From: Anthoceros angustus
Lineage: Eukaryota > Plantae > Anthocerotophyta
NCBI GenBank assembly: GCA_010909165.1
Contig: MU008179.1
Coordinates: forward strand, 620,001 to 684,000
DNA length: 64,000 nucleotides
Direction of reading: 5' to 3'
Positions within the stretch are counted from its first letter, which is position 1. Every line of letters starts with the position of its first letter. A model generated the notes under the pieces. That model had not been told where the DNA came from. It saw only the letters and a list, made by a program, of their open reading frames with translations, and did no database searches. This document shows, piece after piece, positions 21,401 to 33,168 of this stretch. A program made the translations under genes and the position numbers.

Positions 21401-23386
21401 TCTTGCCAGAGCATTTGGACCCCACTGTGACCCCTTTTCCCCGAGGACTGTCCTGGCATCCATGGTCATGATCTCAACATCAATGAACATGGGTCGTGAA
21501 GCAACATAGCGTTGCATTGCGCTTGTTCCTCTGTTGAACTGCCATGCATGCGCATGATAAGGACATTAGACGGCTGGACAAGCTACGCAAACAAATCGGA
21601 GTTAGCCCTAGAGCCTGCCTTGTCTGCACTGATAAGTCTTCTGGCCAGCAGAAAAGGCGTCCTTCACATATTGACATGGACGACACGCAATTGTCACCTG
21701 AACAAGAATCTTAGCACACTCTGCCATGGTAGCCAATTCTCGCTTGTGTGATGCAGCATCGAATCTTGACAGCAGGCGATTTTCCAGTTCTGCACCAAAT
21801 GACTAGCTTTTAGAGACAGACTGCTGTTTCATCTTCCGGATGCACATTGAGGTAGCGGTCAGGAGAGTTACCATTGCAATAGTCTTGAAGGTTCGCAATA
21901 GCCACTTCTAAACCAGAGCTCGCATTCGCAGTGCCCTTTCCAGATGTGCCCGAGCCAGACCTTCCCATATCACCCTCAGCCAGAGCACCTAAGGTGCTAG
22001 AATGGTATTGCAGTTTAGTTCCAAACGACTCATAGAAAACTCCTAGAGGTCAATATCGATAAACACAGTTTGTGAGCAAATGCTCCAGCTTTGAACAGAG
22101 GTAAAGTGGCTTACGGAGCTTTTGAGCGATTGCAGCTGCTTCAGCAACACGGCTATCATCAGAGAAGAGTGGGGATAGCTCCATGAGATCACCATACGAT
22201 CCATTGAACTCCATCAAATACTGAGGTAGCACAAGGGTCAGGAATCAGTTCTAACGGGAAGACTTGCATGTACATAATCATCGCATAAGCTGATGCAACC
22301 CTGAGTTCCCAACAGTTCAGGAAACTAGTTTCACTAGATCAGGAGGACAGCAATTGGTACTCTGATGAGTTCGATTGATTGATTGGCCGTCTCCTTTTGT
22401 TGATCAGCATTCTGAAACAAATGATGACAATGACAGATCAGAAAGCGGAGAATTCCTTTCAAACAACACATCAAGCTAATTGCTAAACATGAAAGCTTGA
22501 GGGAGGAAGGGTTATCAACCTGTAAATGTTCCCCAATTCTCGCTGCAGTTTGGCCAATCCCAGAAATTCGACTGTCTAAGCGGTTGAAGCTGTCATATAA
22601 TACACCTATGTTTTTATCTAGCTGCCAGCAAAACTTAAGCTCAGACCTGGGAATCACAGAGCTCCACATCCGCATAACGATGCACACCATGGCATAGACT
22701 GACCATGGCAAAAGCCTCAGAACAAACACCACACAAATCAGGTGCTCGAAACCTCACCTCCACGAGCTTCTTTCTATGCTTGCCATCATGCAAGGACACT
22801 TCCTTAGTCAGCTTCTTTAACCGCCCGTCAATCTACCCCAAGGAGCAACGAAGCCCTGGTCAGGACAATCTTCAAACTGACACCAAGCTCAATACCAAAC
22901 CAGATACCCCATTTCAATCCAAATCCCCTGCACGAGAAATGACAAGCCACGAACACCACCTGGCTGCTCAGCTCCATCAACTCCCTCCGAGCCTCCTTAA
23001 AGAGTGGCAACAATGCTTCAGCCTCAACAAAGGCCGGACCAGTGAACCCACCGGAGCCTTTGTGTCCCCCATCCGAATCAACTCGGTGCAATCCATTGGA
23101 CAGCCCACCGTGATTGTTGGCCCCGTCAGCCGCGTCGAGCTCATCATCGTATACAGACGGCAAATAGTCGCTCACCAGATTCTTAAAAAAGTCATCAAAG
23201 GAGAAGGACCCCTGCACACAAGCACCACGGTTCAGGCCCCGTCCCGGATCCCGACGCTGCCCTCGGACTGCTCCAGCACCGAGGTGTGAGATAAGGGGGA
23301 GTAGCGGGCTAAGGAGTCTCAGGAGAGGGCAATTGCGTAAGAAGACGCACCTTCCACGTTGTTGGAGGCCATTGAGCCGCTGACAT
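18404..23386 (-). CDS. SEC10: Exocyst complex component SEC10 (multi-exon)
   Basis: Exons encode GSFSFDDFFKNLV, YLMEFNGSYGDLMELSPLFSDDSRVAEAA, MQRYVASRPMFIDVE, LLLPVDGAHAACCEEMATAMS, GGLRLKRD..Y.EFVRSF and FISLREDYKTAK, ending in TGA at 18404. The first exon (23386-23351) is tentative. Confidence 0.95.
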
Positions 23387-24599
23387 CGCTGAAAGTGGTC
23401 ACAGCTTCCTGGCCAAAGGCATTCCCGACCCTCGCTCCACAATTGCAAGACGGAAGCAGGAGGCGGTACCGCAGTCACAAAACCTGGATCTGTGCAGCAA
23501 TCAGCTGAACAGGCACGTTCCGTCGCGGATTGTGACTGGATGATGCCAGTGGCGAGATACTGCGTCGCCTGCAGAGCATCAGTCGTCGTCTTGTCTGGCA
23601 AACTCCCAGCTAGGCAGCTGCGGTACCCTTCAACTCCAGCTAGACTGTGAGCATCCCATTCCGCTAATACGTCCTCGTAGCTTGTCAAATTGGACCAGTC
23701 CACAAGGTTTACCAGTCAACGTTCGCTTGCTCCTCGTATTTCACATTGAGTTGCAGATAATGCACCTCTATCATTCTCAACGCCAAACTACATCGGTAGT
23801 ATAAACAACTCTAACTTAGAAAGAGAATAAACTCATCTTTTTTTTTAAACTTTATCTATGTAGCTAATTATTATTATTTTAACATCATTTCAAGAATTAG
23901 TATCATTTAATTATATAAAATATTAAATATACTCAATATATAAATTCTTTGAAATAATTATTTTAATTTATGTACTTTTTATTACTGATATATAAGAGGG
24001 TGGTAAGTCTTAATGTCTTTCACTTATATGTGTATGTATGGTGGCTTCCTCAACCCTCATGCCACTTGTGTCACCTTGATCTCGCAAATCTAACTTTGGG
24101 ACTATGTTATTTCAAAGCTAATTCCAAAATGTTTGAATTGGATGTTTTGAGGAATCATCAAACTCTTACAATTGTCAGGGTCGGGAGCTTTGTCCAGTGC
24201 CACGAACTTGCAATGTTCTAAAGATCCAAATAGCCGGCCATAGTCCATAGCAGTTCCAGATTTACAGCCACACAATGAAGGTGTGGCTCATGGTTCCACT
24301 TCTATTGTGCGGTTCTTACAAATTTACTTACACATGCGTACCCTTAGGGATTCTTAGAAAAAAAAAATCAGATAAATAACTAGTATAGCACGGGACGAGA
24401 ACAATTGAGGGCCTCCCACCCAAGAGATCGACTTACATGACAGACGCATGCAAGTTCCCTTGTCAAATAATCGAACATTTTTCAAAAGTGTCATCGAGTG
24501 TGATCAAATTATGATGTATGTTTCATATATCCTTCTGAAACTATTATTTGTGCCAGGCATGCAAAAAGAGGACATGAATAGAAAGAAGTACAGTATCCA

Positions 24600-25150
24600 G
24601 GTGCAATATACTCTAGGGCTACGGGAATTCTTAGCATAGAACGGGGCACCTATAAAATGCGGAATCATACCACAATATTTAGTCAAATTGTGACTCAGGA
24701 CAATGATCTTCTTCGTGGTGGGGGAGAAAGTAAGAAGCCATGCGCGCAACAAAGGAATTATCTTGGATCCAGGTTAGTAAGTTAAGAGGTTAATGATAGA
24801 GAGGCTTTGCTTAGGGCTTAAGAAAGGTAGTCTGCTTTAGGCAGTTACTTAGCTAGGGACTTATAATTAGAGGGAGGTTAGCGGTAGAGAGGCTTTGCTG
24901 AGGGTCTAAAAAAGGTAGTTTTCTTCTTGAGGCAGTTACTTAGCTAGGGACTTCCCTCCAAGTAACTGCCTAAAACAATTACTTCAGCAAGTCTTCTTAT
25001 ATAAAGGATGAGGCTAGCCCTAATTAAAGAACTGTTCCCTAGCACTTGTGCTACACACTTGAGAAGTAACTGGCTAATTAAAGAATCATTCCCTAGCACT
25101 TATGCCACACACTTGAGCTTAGAGTGCATGTGTTTGAGGACAATGATGTT
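24600..25150 (+). mobile_element. Possible decayed Ty3/gypsy 3' end and LTR remnant
   Basis: PQYLVKL resembles the chromodomain YLVKW motif. It is followed by AGGACAATG...GTGGGGGAGAA (PPT-like) and a segment with internal repeats. Heavily degraded. Confidence 0.3.
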
Positions 25151-25566
25151 TCTTAGGGAAGTGAAGGGTGGATCTAGTACTCATAGTCACACACATAATC
25201 TATTATTTCTCAAATGATCATGATATCATGCGTTAAACTACTTCAAATTTCCCAAAAGCCCCTTTTGAAGATATCCACTTATTACTTAACATTTCAAGAG
25301 GCTAGCAATTGTTTCTATCTTTTCTCGACACATAAGACGATTTAGTCTATATATGTGTGTGGTGAACAACTAATATACATAATAAAAGTTTCTCAACACA
25401 TAAGACGATTTAGTCTATATATGTGTGTGATGAACAACTAATATACATAATAAAAGTTCCAACTGATATGAACCTCGTATTTCTTATTACAATTATTGAT
25501 TTTTACCTGAAAAGAAATTATTATTACATATCCTCTTCTATTTTACGCATTCATAGGTAACTCGTT

Positions 25567-26334
25567 ATGGCACTTTCAAGTTGGATGCAAGGCATACTTT
25601 CTGCGCAAGATATTTCATGTGATACATTTACAGGATGTAATGAACACAACAGAAAGTGTAATTATTATTGTATAACATGTAATGATTCCAAGCTTTGCTG
25701 CAAGCTATGTGCGAAGAATCGCCATAACAGTCACGAATGCGTGCAATGCTTTATATGTGATAGAAGAGGATTTGGATGTAAGACAACTGAACTTAAAGCT
25801 CTAGGAGTGGACATTGTCAATAGTGGCATAAAATGTAATAATGTATGCAACAAAAGTGAATACACATTGTTTCGAAAGCAGTGGACGGAAAGGAGTAGGA
25901 AGAAACATGTATCGATGGCGAGAAGTTGCATAATTTGCCACCATGACCTTCTAGACAATACATGGGACTATTGCAGTGTACAATGTTACTACACTAGAGT
26001 ATCCATACCTAATGCGTCATCTAATTCTGCTCATCCTCTTGTGGCTATTAGTGATAGACCATCTACGGCAAATCCAGTCCCTGTAAACACTAATCTTGCT
26101 GTTGCGAAGAAAGATGACGTGCACAATAAGTCCGGTGCAGAGGAAGACGTTGTGTACCATGATGAGATTGCAAATTTGAAGGAAGATGATGTACATGGTG
26201 AGCGTAATGCGGAGGAAGAAATGCGAATTGAACCAGGGGTTGGACATGTTCTCTATGTCTCCCCTACCCGTCTAAGCTATGATGATCCTTGGTTTGGACT
26301 CAGTTTGCTAGCGCACGTTAGCACACTGACATAG
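25567..26334 (+). CDS. Divergent intronless PLATZ-like zinc-binding protein
   Basis: W...IL..., C..H....NYYCITC....CC..C...H..H...Q, D.VNSGI...N and C-terminal CIIC.HDL.....YCSVQC follow the PLATZ B-box and second zinc cluster pattern. 255-aa open frame in AT-rich DNA. Confidence 0.75.
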   Translation: MALSSWMQGILSAQDISCDTFTGCNEHNRKCNYYCITCNDSKLCCKLCAKNRHNSHECVQCFICDRRGFGCKTTELKALGVDIVNSGIKCNNVCNKSEYTLFRKQWTERSRKKHVSMARSCIICHHDLLDNTWDYCSVQCYYTRVSIPNASSNSAHPLVAISDRPSTANPVPVNTNLAVAKKDDVHNKSGAEEDVVYHDEIANLKEDDVHGERNAEEEMRIEPGVGHVLYVSPTRLSYDDPWFGLSLLAHVSTLT

Positions 26335-26761
26335 TGTCGAGATTGAAGGAGTAAAGAACAATTAATTTAATTAGATCATTCTCACTATTGAGTCATTAGG
26401 TCTAGAAGTGTTTTGAAGTCCACTAAGAATGGAACTTGTATTGCATTTTGTTAATAGACTTCTCTTTCTTCTTCAATCCTCCCTTAATCATGACTTATGT
26501 TGTCTTTGTTTAAAGTTTAATTATTTATATTAAAGAAAAAACTGAGTTCGGATTACAAGGATTAAAAAAGAATCCGCTCTTAAGCCATAGTCGGGGCCAA
26601 GGTGGGACTAGCAAAACCCTTAATCCCAGAATGCCCAACCCACTCAAATCTTAACATTGTACACAATTTTTGTATGACACTAGTTCAGGTTAAGGTTGCC
26701 TTTTGTGGTAAAATATGTTCTCTAAATTACAAAATATAATTAAAAAGTTAGACAACTTGTA

Positions 26762-27310
26762 TTTAAAGCTCTAGGAGTGGACATGCTAAATAGAGGCATA
26801 AGATATGATAATGTACGTACCAAAGGTGAATATATGTTGTTTCGAAAGCAGTGGAGGGAAAGGAGCAAGAGGAAACAGTGGAGGGAAAGGAGCAAGAGGA
26901 AACAAGTATCAATGGTGAGAAGCGTTGTGTTTTATTGAGGGAAAAAACAATGGGGAAAAACCCATCCAACACGGGACGATGAGGGTGGACCTTGGGGGTC
27001 AAGGTGAAAAAGAAGACTAAGCTCCTTACCTAAAGTTACCTACTGCTCCTAGAACATCATATGCATAAGAACAAATGGCTTGCACATGACGGAGGAAGAG
27101 AGACGATTCCCTCCTCCAACTAGACACAAGATCCTAATGGTGACAAGTTGCTTAATTATCACCATGACCTCTTAGACAATACATAGAATTGTTATAATAT
27201 ATAATATTATTATAGTAGAATATCTCTACCCGATGCATAATCTCATTTTGCTCATGCTCTCATGGCTAGAAGTGATGGACACCGCTCACACCTGCTAGAA
27301 GTGATGGACA
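26762..27310 (+). pseudogene. Decayed partial copy of the PLATZ-like gene
   Basis: 26762-26870 aligns with about 25794-25900 and 27140-27300 aligns with about 25918-26060, with stops and an intervening insertion. Confidence 0.85.
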
Positions 27311-27763
27311 CCGCTCACACCTATAACCTAAAACTCGTCCTCGGTTCTGCAAACCTTGAAATATGACGCTCTAGTCTAGACTAAGGGGGAGCCGAAAGAC
27401 TCTCGCCCCACACAATCCCTATTAAACAAAGCTTGTTTAAGTACAAAGGCCTGCTGGCTTCGTGCGCGTAGCTAGCGGATGGGTTAGGATTTACAGGGAT
27501 GAGGTCGGGTCCTGGCAAGCAGATGGCTCACACGCCATATTTAAAAAAAAAAAGAACTAGATACTAAAGGCAGGGCTCACACGATGGTGGCCAGCCTTGC
27601 AGGAAAGAAAGTATTTAGGACTTGGGCACTGTGAAATTTAGCTCCGTTCCAGCGCTAGCTTCTCCACCACCGCAAGTGAGAGCTCCACCTCCTACCGACG
27701 ACTTTTGCAGGAGCCCGATCTCGATCGCTGAGGTAAGCCAAGGCGGAGCTGAGGGCTGCGTGC

Positions 27764-28562
27764 TCAGGCTTGCACGGCAACATTTTGCAAGCCTTCCTCC
27801 AGCTTGGCCACGGCGGGCTCCTCCTCCCGCTGCATCTTGGTGAGCGCGGCGAGGAATCCCTCCCTGTCGAAATGCACCTGCAGCTCCTCGATGACGAGAT
27901 CCTTGTTCACCCGGGCCAGGGTGTGGCCGATGATCTCGATCATCTCCCCGTGCGCAGGGCAGCCCTTGAAGGGCCCGGCCATGCGCCCGAAGTGGCGCCA
28001 GGTGAAGGAGACGGCGGGAGGCGGCGAGAACACCTCCAGCACCTCGAATGCGAAGCCCTCCGGGAAGGCTTGTTTGAAGGCTTCGTTGGCCGACTCGTAC
28101 GTCTCGGTGCTGGCCTTGTAGTGGCGCATGCAGTCTCCCAGCAGAATGTTGTAAGGCCCGGCCTCCGCCATGGCCGCCGCGTCCACCGGCCCGGCCCCGT
28201 TGGAGAAGGCCTGGAAGCGCGGCGCGTCCATCGTCTTCCACAGCTTCACGTCCGCAATGTGATGTGACTCCACCTGCAGCCCCGCGTCCGATTCATCATA
28301 GCACCGCATCAGCTGTCAAAGTCAGAAGCCGAGACGGAGCGCGAAGGCGCCCTACCCGTGAAGCAGCCACATTCGCATTCATGATTACCTCCCAGTTCTT
28401 CACTATCTTCTGCACCACCTCCTCCAGCGACCCCGCCGCGTGCTTCTTGCTCCGGTGCTGGAAGTAGGCCTTGTTGACGATGGCGTAGTCCGGCAGGCCG
28501 AACCTCCAGGGCGTGTCCTCGTCCGGCTGGTAGTCGCGGATGATCTCCTCCGGGCTGCCCAT
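27764..28562 (-). CDS. Pathogen-related protein (NTF2/SnoaL-like), exons 28562-28389 and 28273-27764, about 227 aa
   Basis: WRFGLPDY..VN, GSLEEVVQKIVKNWE|VESH, YN.LLG, FK.AFPEGFAFEVLEVFSPPP.V.F.WRHFG. GT-AG intron in phase 0; strong GC3 bias. Confidence 0.88.
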
Positions 28563-29537
28563 GCTCTCCCGGCTCAGGCTTCCCTTCGGCCCTCCGTGCG
28601 CAAGCGCCATCCCCCCTGACGGTGAGCTTCAGCGACGAGTCACGACGCACAGCAAGAAGAAAGCTTCTTCCTGCTCACGGGAGGCTCCCGATGTGAAGAC
28701 ACGGGAGGACTTGCTGCGCCGAAACCGAGCGAGCTGGTGCACTGGCTGTAAGGAGGAACAAGAGCTGCAACTGTGAGGTCGCTGGAGGAGTTCCGGCGCC
28801 GAGGCCGGTAGAGCTGACGGACTGGCAAACCACGATAAGATCCAGCTCCTTTTAAGCTGCGGCGTGACATGAGTGGTGGCCTCTGTTTGGTGGTGATGGT
28901 GATGACGGCGCGAGGAAGTCAGCTGTAGCGGATTCCGGTGTGTCAGATGCAAAAGGGACGGAAAGGACCGTCGCACGCTGCAACTTTTAATTAATTTAGA
29001 ACAGGATTTGCTGACAGGGGAGGCCGACCGCAGAATGTGGATGTGGTTTGTGGAATCAGGACGGAAGAGTCCGAGACGGTGGACAGGTTCCTTTGCAAGT
29101 TTCTTCATCAGACATGCATGGCATGTGGGGCGCGAGTCCCGACCCCAGGCACCCCAGGCTATGACCGCCGCTGACGCCGCTCTCTCTTTCCCTCGTCTCC
29201 GCACCAGGCATCGGAGCAGCTCTCGTTCCGGCGACATTCCGGGATCGGATCTGCCGTTATTAGAAGACGGAAGGGCGGGAAAATTCTCCCCAGACTTCGT
29301 CAAAGGGTGTGCCAAAGCTACTTCCGAGGGCATCCACTCTGTCTAGGCACCCCATCTAAGTACCCGTTTAAGCACAAAGACGCGTAATAACAGCGTTTTT
29401 TTAAGTATGTGTTCTGGACACACGTTATTAGTTGCCCGGTTCGTCTCGTGTGCGCCCCGGCTACTGTGGTAGCATTCTACTTACTTTACTTATTATAGTT
29501 GAGTTGCAAGTTTTTCTTTACTACTCATCATCAAGGC

Positions 29538-30600
29538 TAGGCTTGGGCTTGTTAGTATTAAAGGTAAGACTCCAGTATCGTAGTAATTAAGATAGTAATC
29601 ATTATAGTAAAGTAAAACGGTATTTTTTAGTTATATCATATGGTAATAAAAAATATAATTATATGATAAAGAATTGCATATTTATTGTAAATTTACGTAT
29701 ATATGTGAAATAAGATGACCCTTGTATAAAGTTGGTATGCTTATTTAAGTCTATTATGACAGTAGAGTGTTAAAACGGTACAGGAGTGTTAAAATGGCAT
29801 AATACTACTATTGAAGCAACAGGAGGATTGGATGGCGGATTTAGAAAGTCTTCAATCTATGTAAGTGGTTGCAGGAAGTGGCATGGAAGATGTCCGCCAA
29901 GGTGAAATGAAGGACAAGGAAGAAGCATGGAAGATGTCCGCCATGGTGAAATGGAAGACAAGAAAGAAGCATGGAAGATGTCCGCCATGGTGAAATGGAA
30001 GACAAGAAAGAAGCATGGAAGATGTCCGCCATGGTGAAATGGAAGACACGAAAGAAGCATGAAAGATCTCTGCCATGGTGAAATGGAAGACAAGAAAGAA
30101 GCATGGAAGATGTCCGCCATGGTGAAATGGAAGACACGAAAAAAGCATGAAAGATCTCTGCCATGGTGAAATGGAAGACAAGGAAGAGGCATGGAAGATG
30201 TTCGCTATGGTGAAATGAAAGACAAAGAAGAAGCATGAAAGATGTCGAAATGGAGGACAAGGAAGAAGGAGTGTGCGTCTCGGAAGGAGACTGCAAACAA
30301 TGAAGAGAAGAATCTACCTTGAGCTTATAAGTTTATTTTCATGCATGTTTACTTAAAATTATAGTATATTATATATCTATATTTTAGTATATATTATTAT
30401 ATTAACAAATCGTAATAGTTTATTTTAAATCTTAATATTTTACATACATATTAAGTATATTACATACATTATGTATATCTTATAAATTATATATGCCATA
30501 TAATTTACAATAAAAACCTTAAAATTCCTCGATGTTAGTAATTATATCATATTTTATAATAATATTATAAAATATATAATATAAATTAAAAACTAATGCT
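29538..30600 (+). mobile_element. Old, AT-eroded hAT-derived element related to the one at 43300-44221
   Basis: 29538-29660 and 30285-30600 align with the reverse complement of the two ends of the 43.3-44.2 kb element. Confidence 0.7.
29883..30270. repeat. 44-bp minisatellite, 8 full units plus a partial unit
   Basis: Unit ATGGAAGATGTCCGCCATGGTGAAATGGAAGACAAGAAAGAAGC is repeated head to tail with no spacers. Confidence 0.95.
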
Positions 30601-31011
30601 TTTACAAGAAAGATTAAATTCTAAGTCTAACATTCTAATTCTAACACCACCTGGCGGAAATTAAAAACTAATGCTTTTACAAGAAAGATTAAATTCTAAT
30701 TTTAACATTCCAATTCTAACACCATTGGATACCTATTGAATATACCATATGATTTATTTTAATATTTATATATTATATTATATTAATTTAAATAATCCCT
30801 ATTTATATATTCTATTATATTAATTTAAATAATCCCCTGAATATGATATTCAGGTGCTCAAATAACCAACGTACGAAAACAAAGTACATATTCACAAAAG
30901 TTAACAAAGTACATATTCACACTTAGTGAGTTAAGCTGTTTGTCTAAGTATGCACAGGTTTTTCACACCGATATCCACAAGCGAGGCACGTAACATCAGA
31001 GTGGCTCCAAG

Positions 31012-31094
31012 TTGGACGTTGGTGTAGACGGGCTCCACATAAGTCACAAAGAAGATAACGCCAGATTATTGTCGTGCCAAATCCCTTCTCCACA
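31012..31094 (-). repeat. Diverged tandem copy of the last ~85 coding bases of the decarboxylase
   Basis: 31012-31094 aligns with 31101-31181, sharing TTGGACGTTGGTGTAGACGGGCTC. Confidence 0.85.
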
Positions 31095-31998
31095 TCAGAA
31101 TTGGACGTTGGTGTAGACGGGCTCAACATACGTAACAAAGCAAATGGACGCCAGAATTGTGCCAAATCCTTTTTCCACTTCATGCTCCAGCACAGTATAA
31201 TCCTCATCAAAGTACTCGTATTGATCTGCGTCAAACCTTCTGGCGAATATGCTCTTCAGGTCCAACTGCAAAATCTCGCGTGCCCGTTTCTTGTTGGCGT
31301 GCCCTTTGTACTCGGCTGCATATCCGCCTATGAGTTGGTTGTCCGACTTTCTTCTGATCTGCATCAATACAACAACAAGGCATTAGTCCTTCATTTTCAG
31401 TTGCTCAGTTGGTGGACAGTGGCATGTGGAAGAGTAACCACCTGCATGCGGCCAACTCCTGCCGTAATGCGATCGCCTTTCACTCCGTGCATGACCGCCA
31501 TGATCACCTCCATGACAGCTCCGTGCCGAAAAAACGGTTTGGCTTGTTCGTATGTCACTGCTGTTGCCTCTGGCGGAATCACCGACGTGTAGCTCTGCAC
31601 GTTGAAGTCCTGGATGCCTACGGGATGCAAAGAAGTTCCATAAACTATTCCTCACGATAGCCTCAAACCATCAATCAAACAACTACCGAGAGGAATTTCA
31701 AGATCTTACCGGCGTCCTCAAGTGCCAGGTCGTAGGAGCCCGTTTCCCAGGGATCGTTTCCGTCTCCCTGATCAGTCTCACCGAAACCATGGACTGTGAA
31801 GAAGTGCAAGGGAATTCTGGAGCCAAACAGAATCCCGTGGCCACCAGCAGCAAGCTTGTGGGTGGAGAACTGTGTCACGGCGTGCTCGATTCCCAAATCG
31901 GGAGGCAGCGCCATGGGCTGCCCGTCTTCCCGCCGCTCCACATGATACTTGTGCCTCTCTTCTTTCTTGGCGTCATCCTTGGTAGCATTCAATGACAT
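31095..31998 (-). CDS. Pyruvoyl-dependent arginine decarboxylase (PvlArgDC, AaxB/PdaD-like). Exons 31998-31710, 31617-31442, 31358-31095; about 242 aa
   Basis: IP..FF.V.G.GETD.G...DPWETGSYDLALEDAG|IQDFNVQSYTSVIPP (Thr-Ser self-cleavage site), HGAVMEVIMA..G..G.RITAGVG, GGYAAEY.G and FGT.LA.ICFVTY. Two GT-AG introns join the exons in frame. Confidence 0.88.
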
Positions 31999-33168
31999 GA
32001 TATCGGGCCTGGACAACAAACAAGCATTAGCTTTCAGCTAGGAGCTCTCGCCAGTGGTTAGCAGAACAGGTAATTACGCAATCTGCTGCACTCTTCACTG
32101 CTGCAGACGACGCACTGAACCAGATCACAGGCCGCATGCCCATTACCTTGGACTGCACTCTCAGCCGTGTGTCGCGCTCCCATCCCGCCAGACTGCTGCA
32201 TGAAGCCACTGATGAACCGCCTGCCACCTGGTCCTCGCTGGGGCCACGATATATGGTGACCGGTTGTAGCCGGTCACACCAGACTCCGAGTCCTCGCAGC
32301 TGTGAAAGGACGCCGCCTGCTCCTCGGTACAGGTCTGTCCACATGCCAACCTTTCAAGGCAGAAACATACGATGGGCAAGGAATGTAACAGCACCTGCAC
32401 ACATCGTTAGTTTCAAAATTTCTCTGGACCCGGCACTCGATCCTAAGCCCTGCGGGCACACATTTGTGGTGTCCATGATCATTCTGCGGCCTCCGAAATT
32501 TAGTACAGTCTACAAGGCTTCTACATCTGAAGGACTTCAATATGATCATCTCACATTCCACAGAGCCTACACTATTCCCAGGGGCTTAAGGATTTCCTGC
32601 CGCTTGGCATCTGCTGTTTTGGAAATGCAGGCAAGCCAGAGGTATGAAGTTGAAAGATCTCCTAAAGATGCGTTCAGGCATGTCATTTCTACAGCCCCTT
32701 GAGTTGATCACTTCTTTGCACCTTCATATTAGTCACGAATATTTCTTCTATGATGACCAGCATTGATATAAGTACTTCGTTTTACTAGCAAGAAACACTG
32801 AACTTCGCAAAATGCACATCCCTGTCTATACCACCGAATTTGCGGATTAATCCAGGAAAACATTGGAGACTGCATCCAGTGGCCTCTGCACCATAGTAGG
32901 CTTGGCATCCCTGCTCTGTGACCTCAAATCCATCCTGAATTCCCTGATACAAGCCTTAGGTACTCTGACTATCTGCATGATTAATTGCTAGAACAAACCT
33001 CCTGACGTGAGATGCGGCAACATATTCCCTGTGGCAAATCCTAAACATTGCGTGCCTCACAAAGCAGATCGAACATTTCCGGAACACCACACCGGCAAAC
33101 AACAGCAATGTTTCCAAAGTCAGGGTTAGATTGAAAGCGGAGGTGGATGGAGGTGATTTAAGATCATC

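Noticed and set aside
29883-30270. CRISPR-like regular repeat
   Set aside because: The units are head to tail with no unique spacers and no cas genes, in a eukaryotic context. It is a minisatellite.
31095-31998. Bacterial contamination as the source of the decarboxylase
   Set aside because: Two in-frame GT-AG introns and continuous plant-like flanks.
2523-31998. A defence gene cluster (germins, receptor kinase, F-box, pathogen-related protein, decarboxylase)
   Set aside because: Housekeeping genes (PPR, SEC10) are interspersed and these families are large. Nothing in the sequence shows co-regulation.
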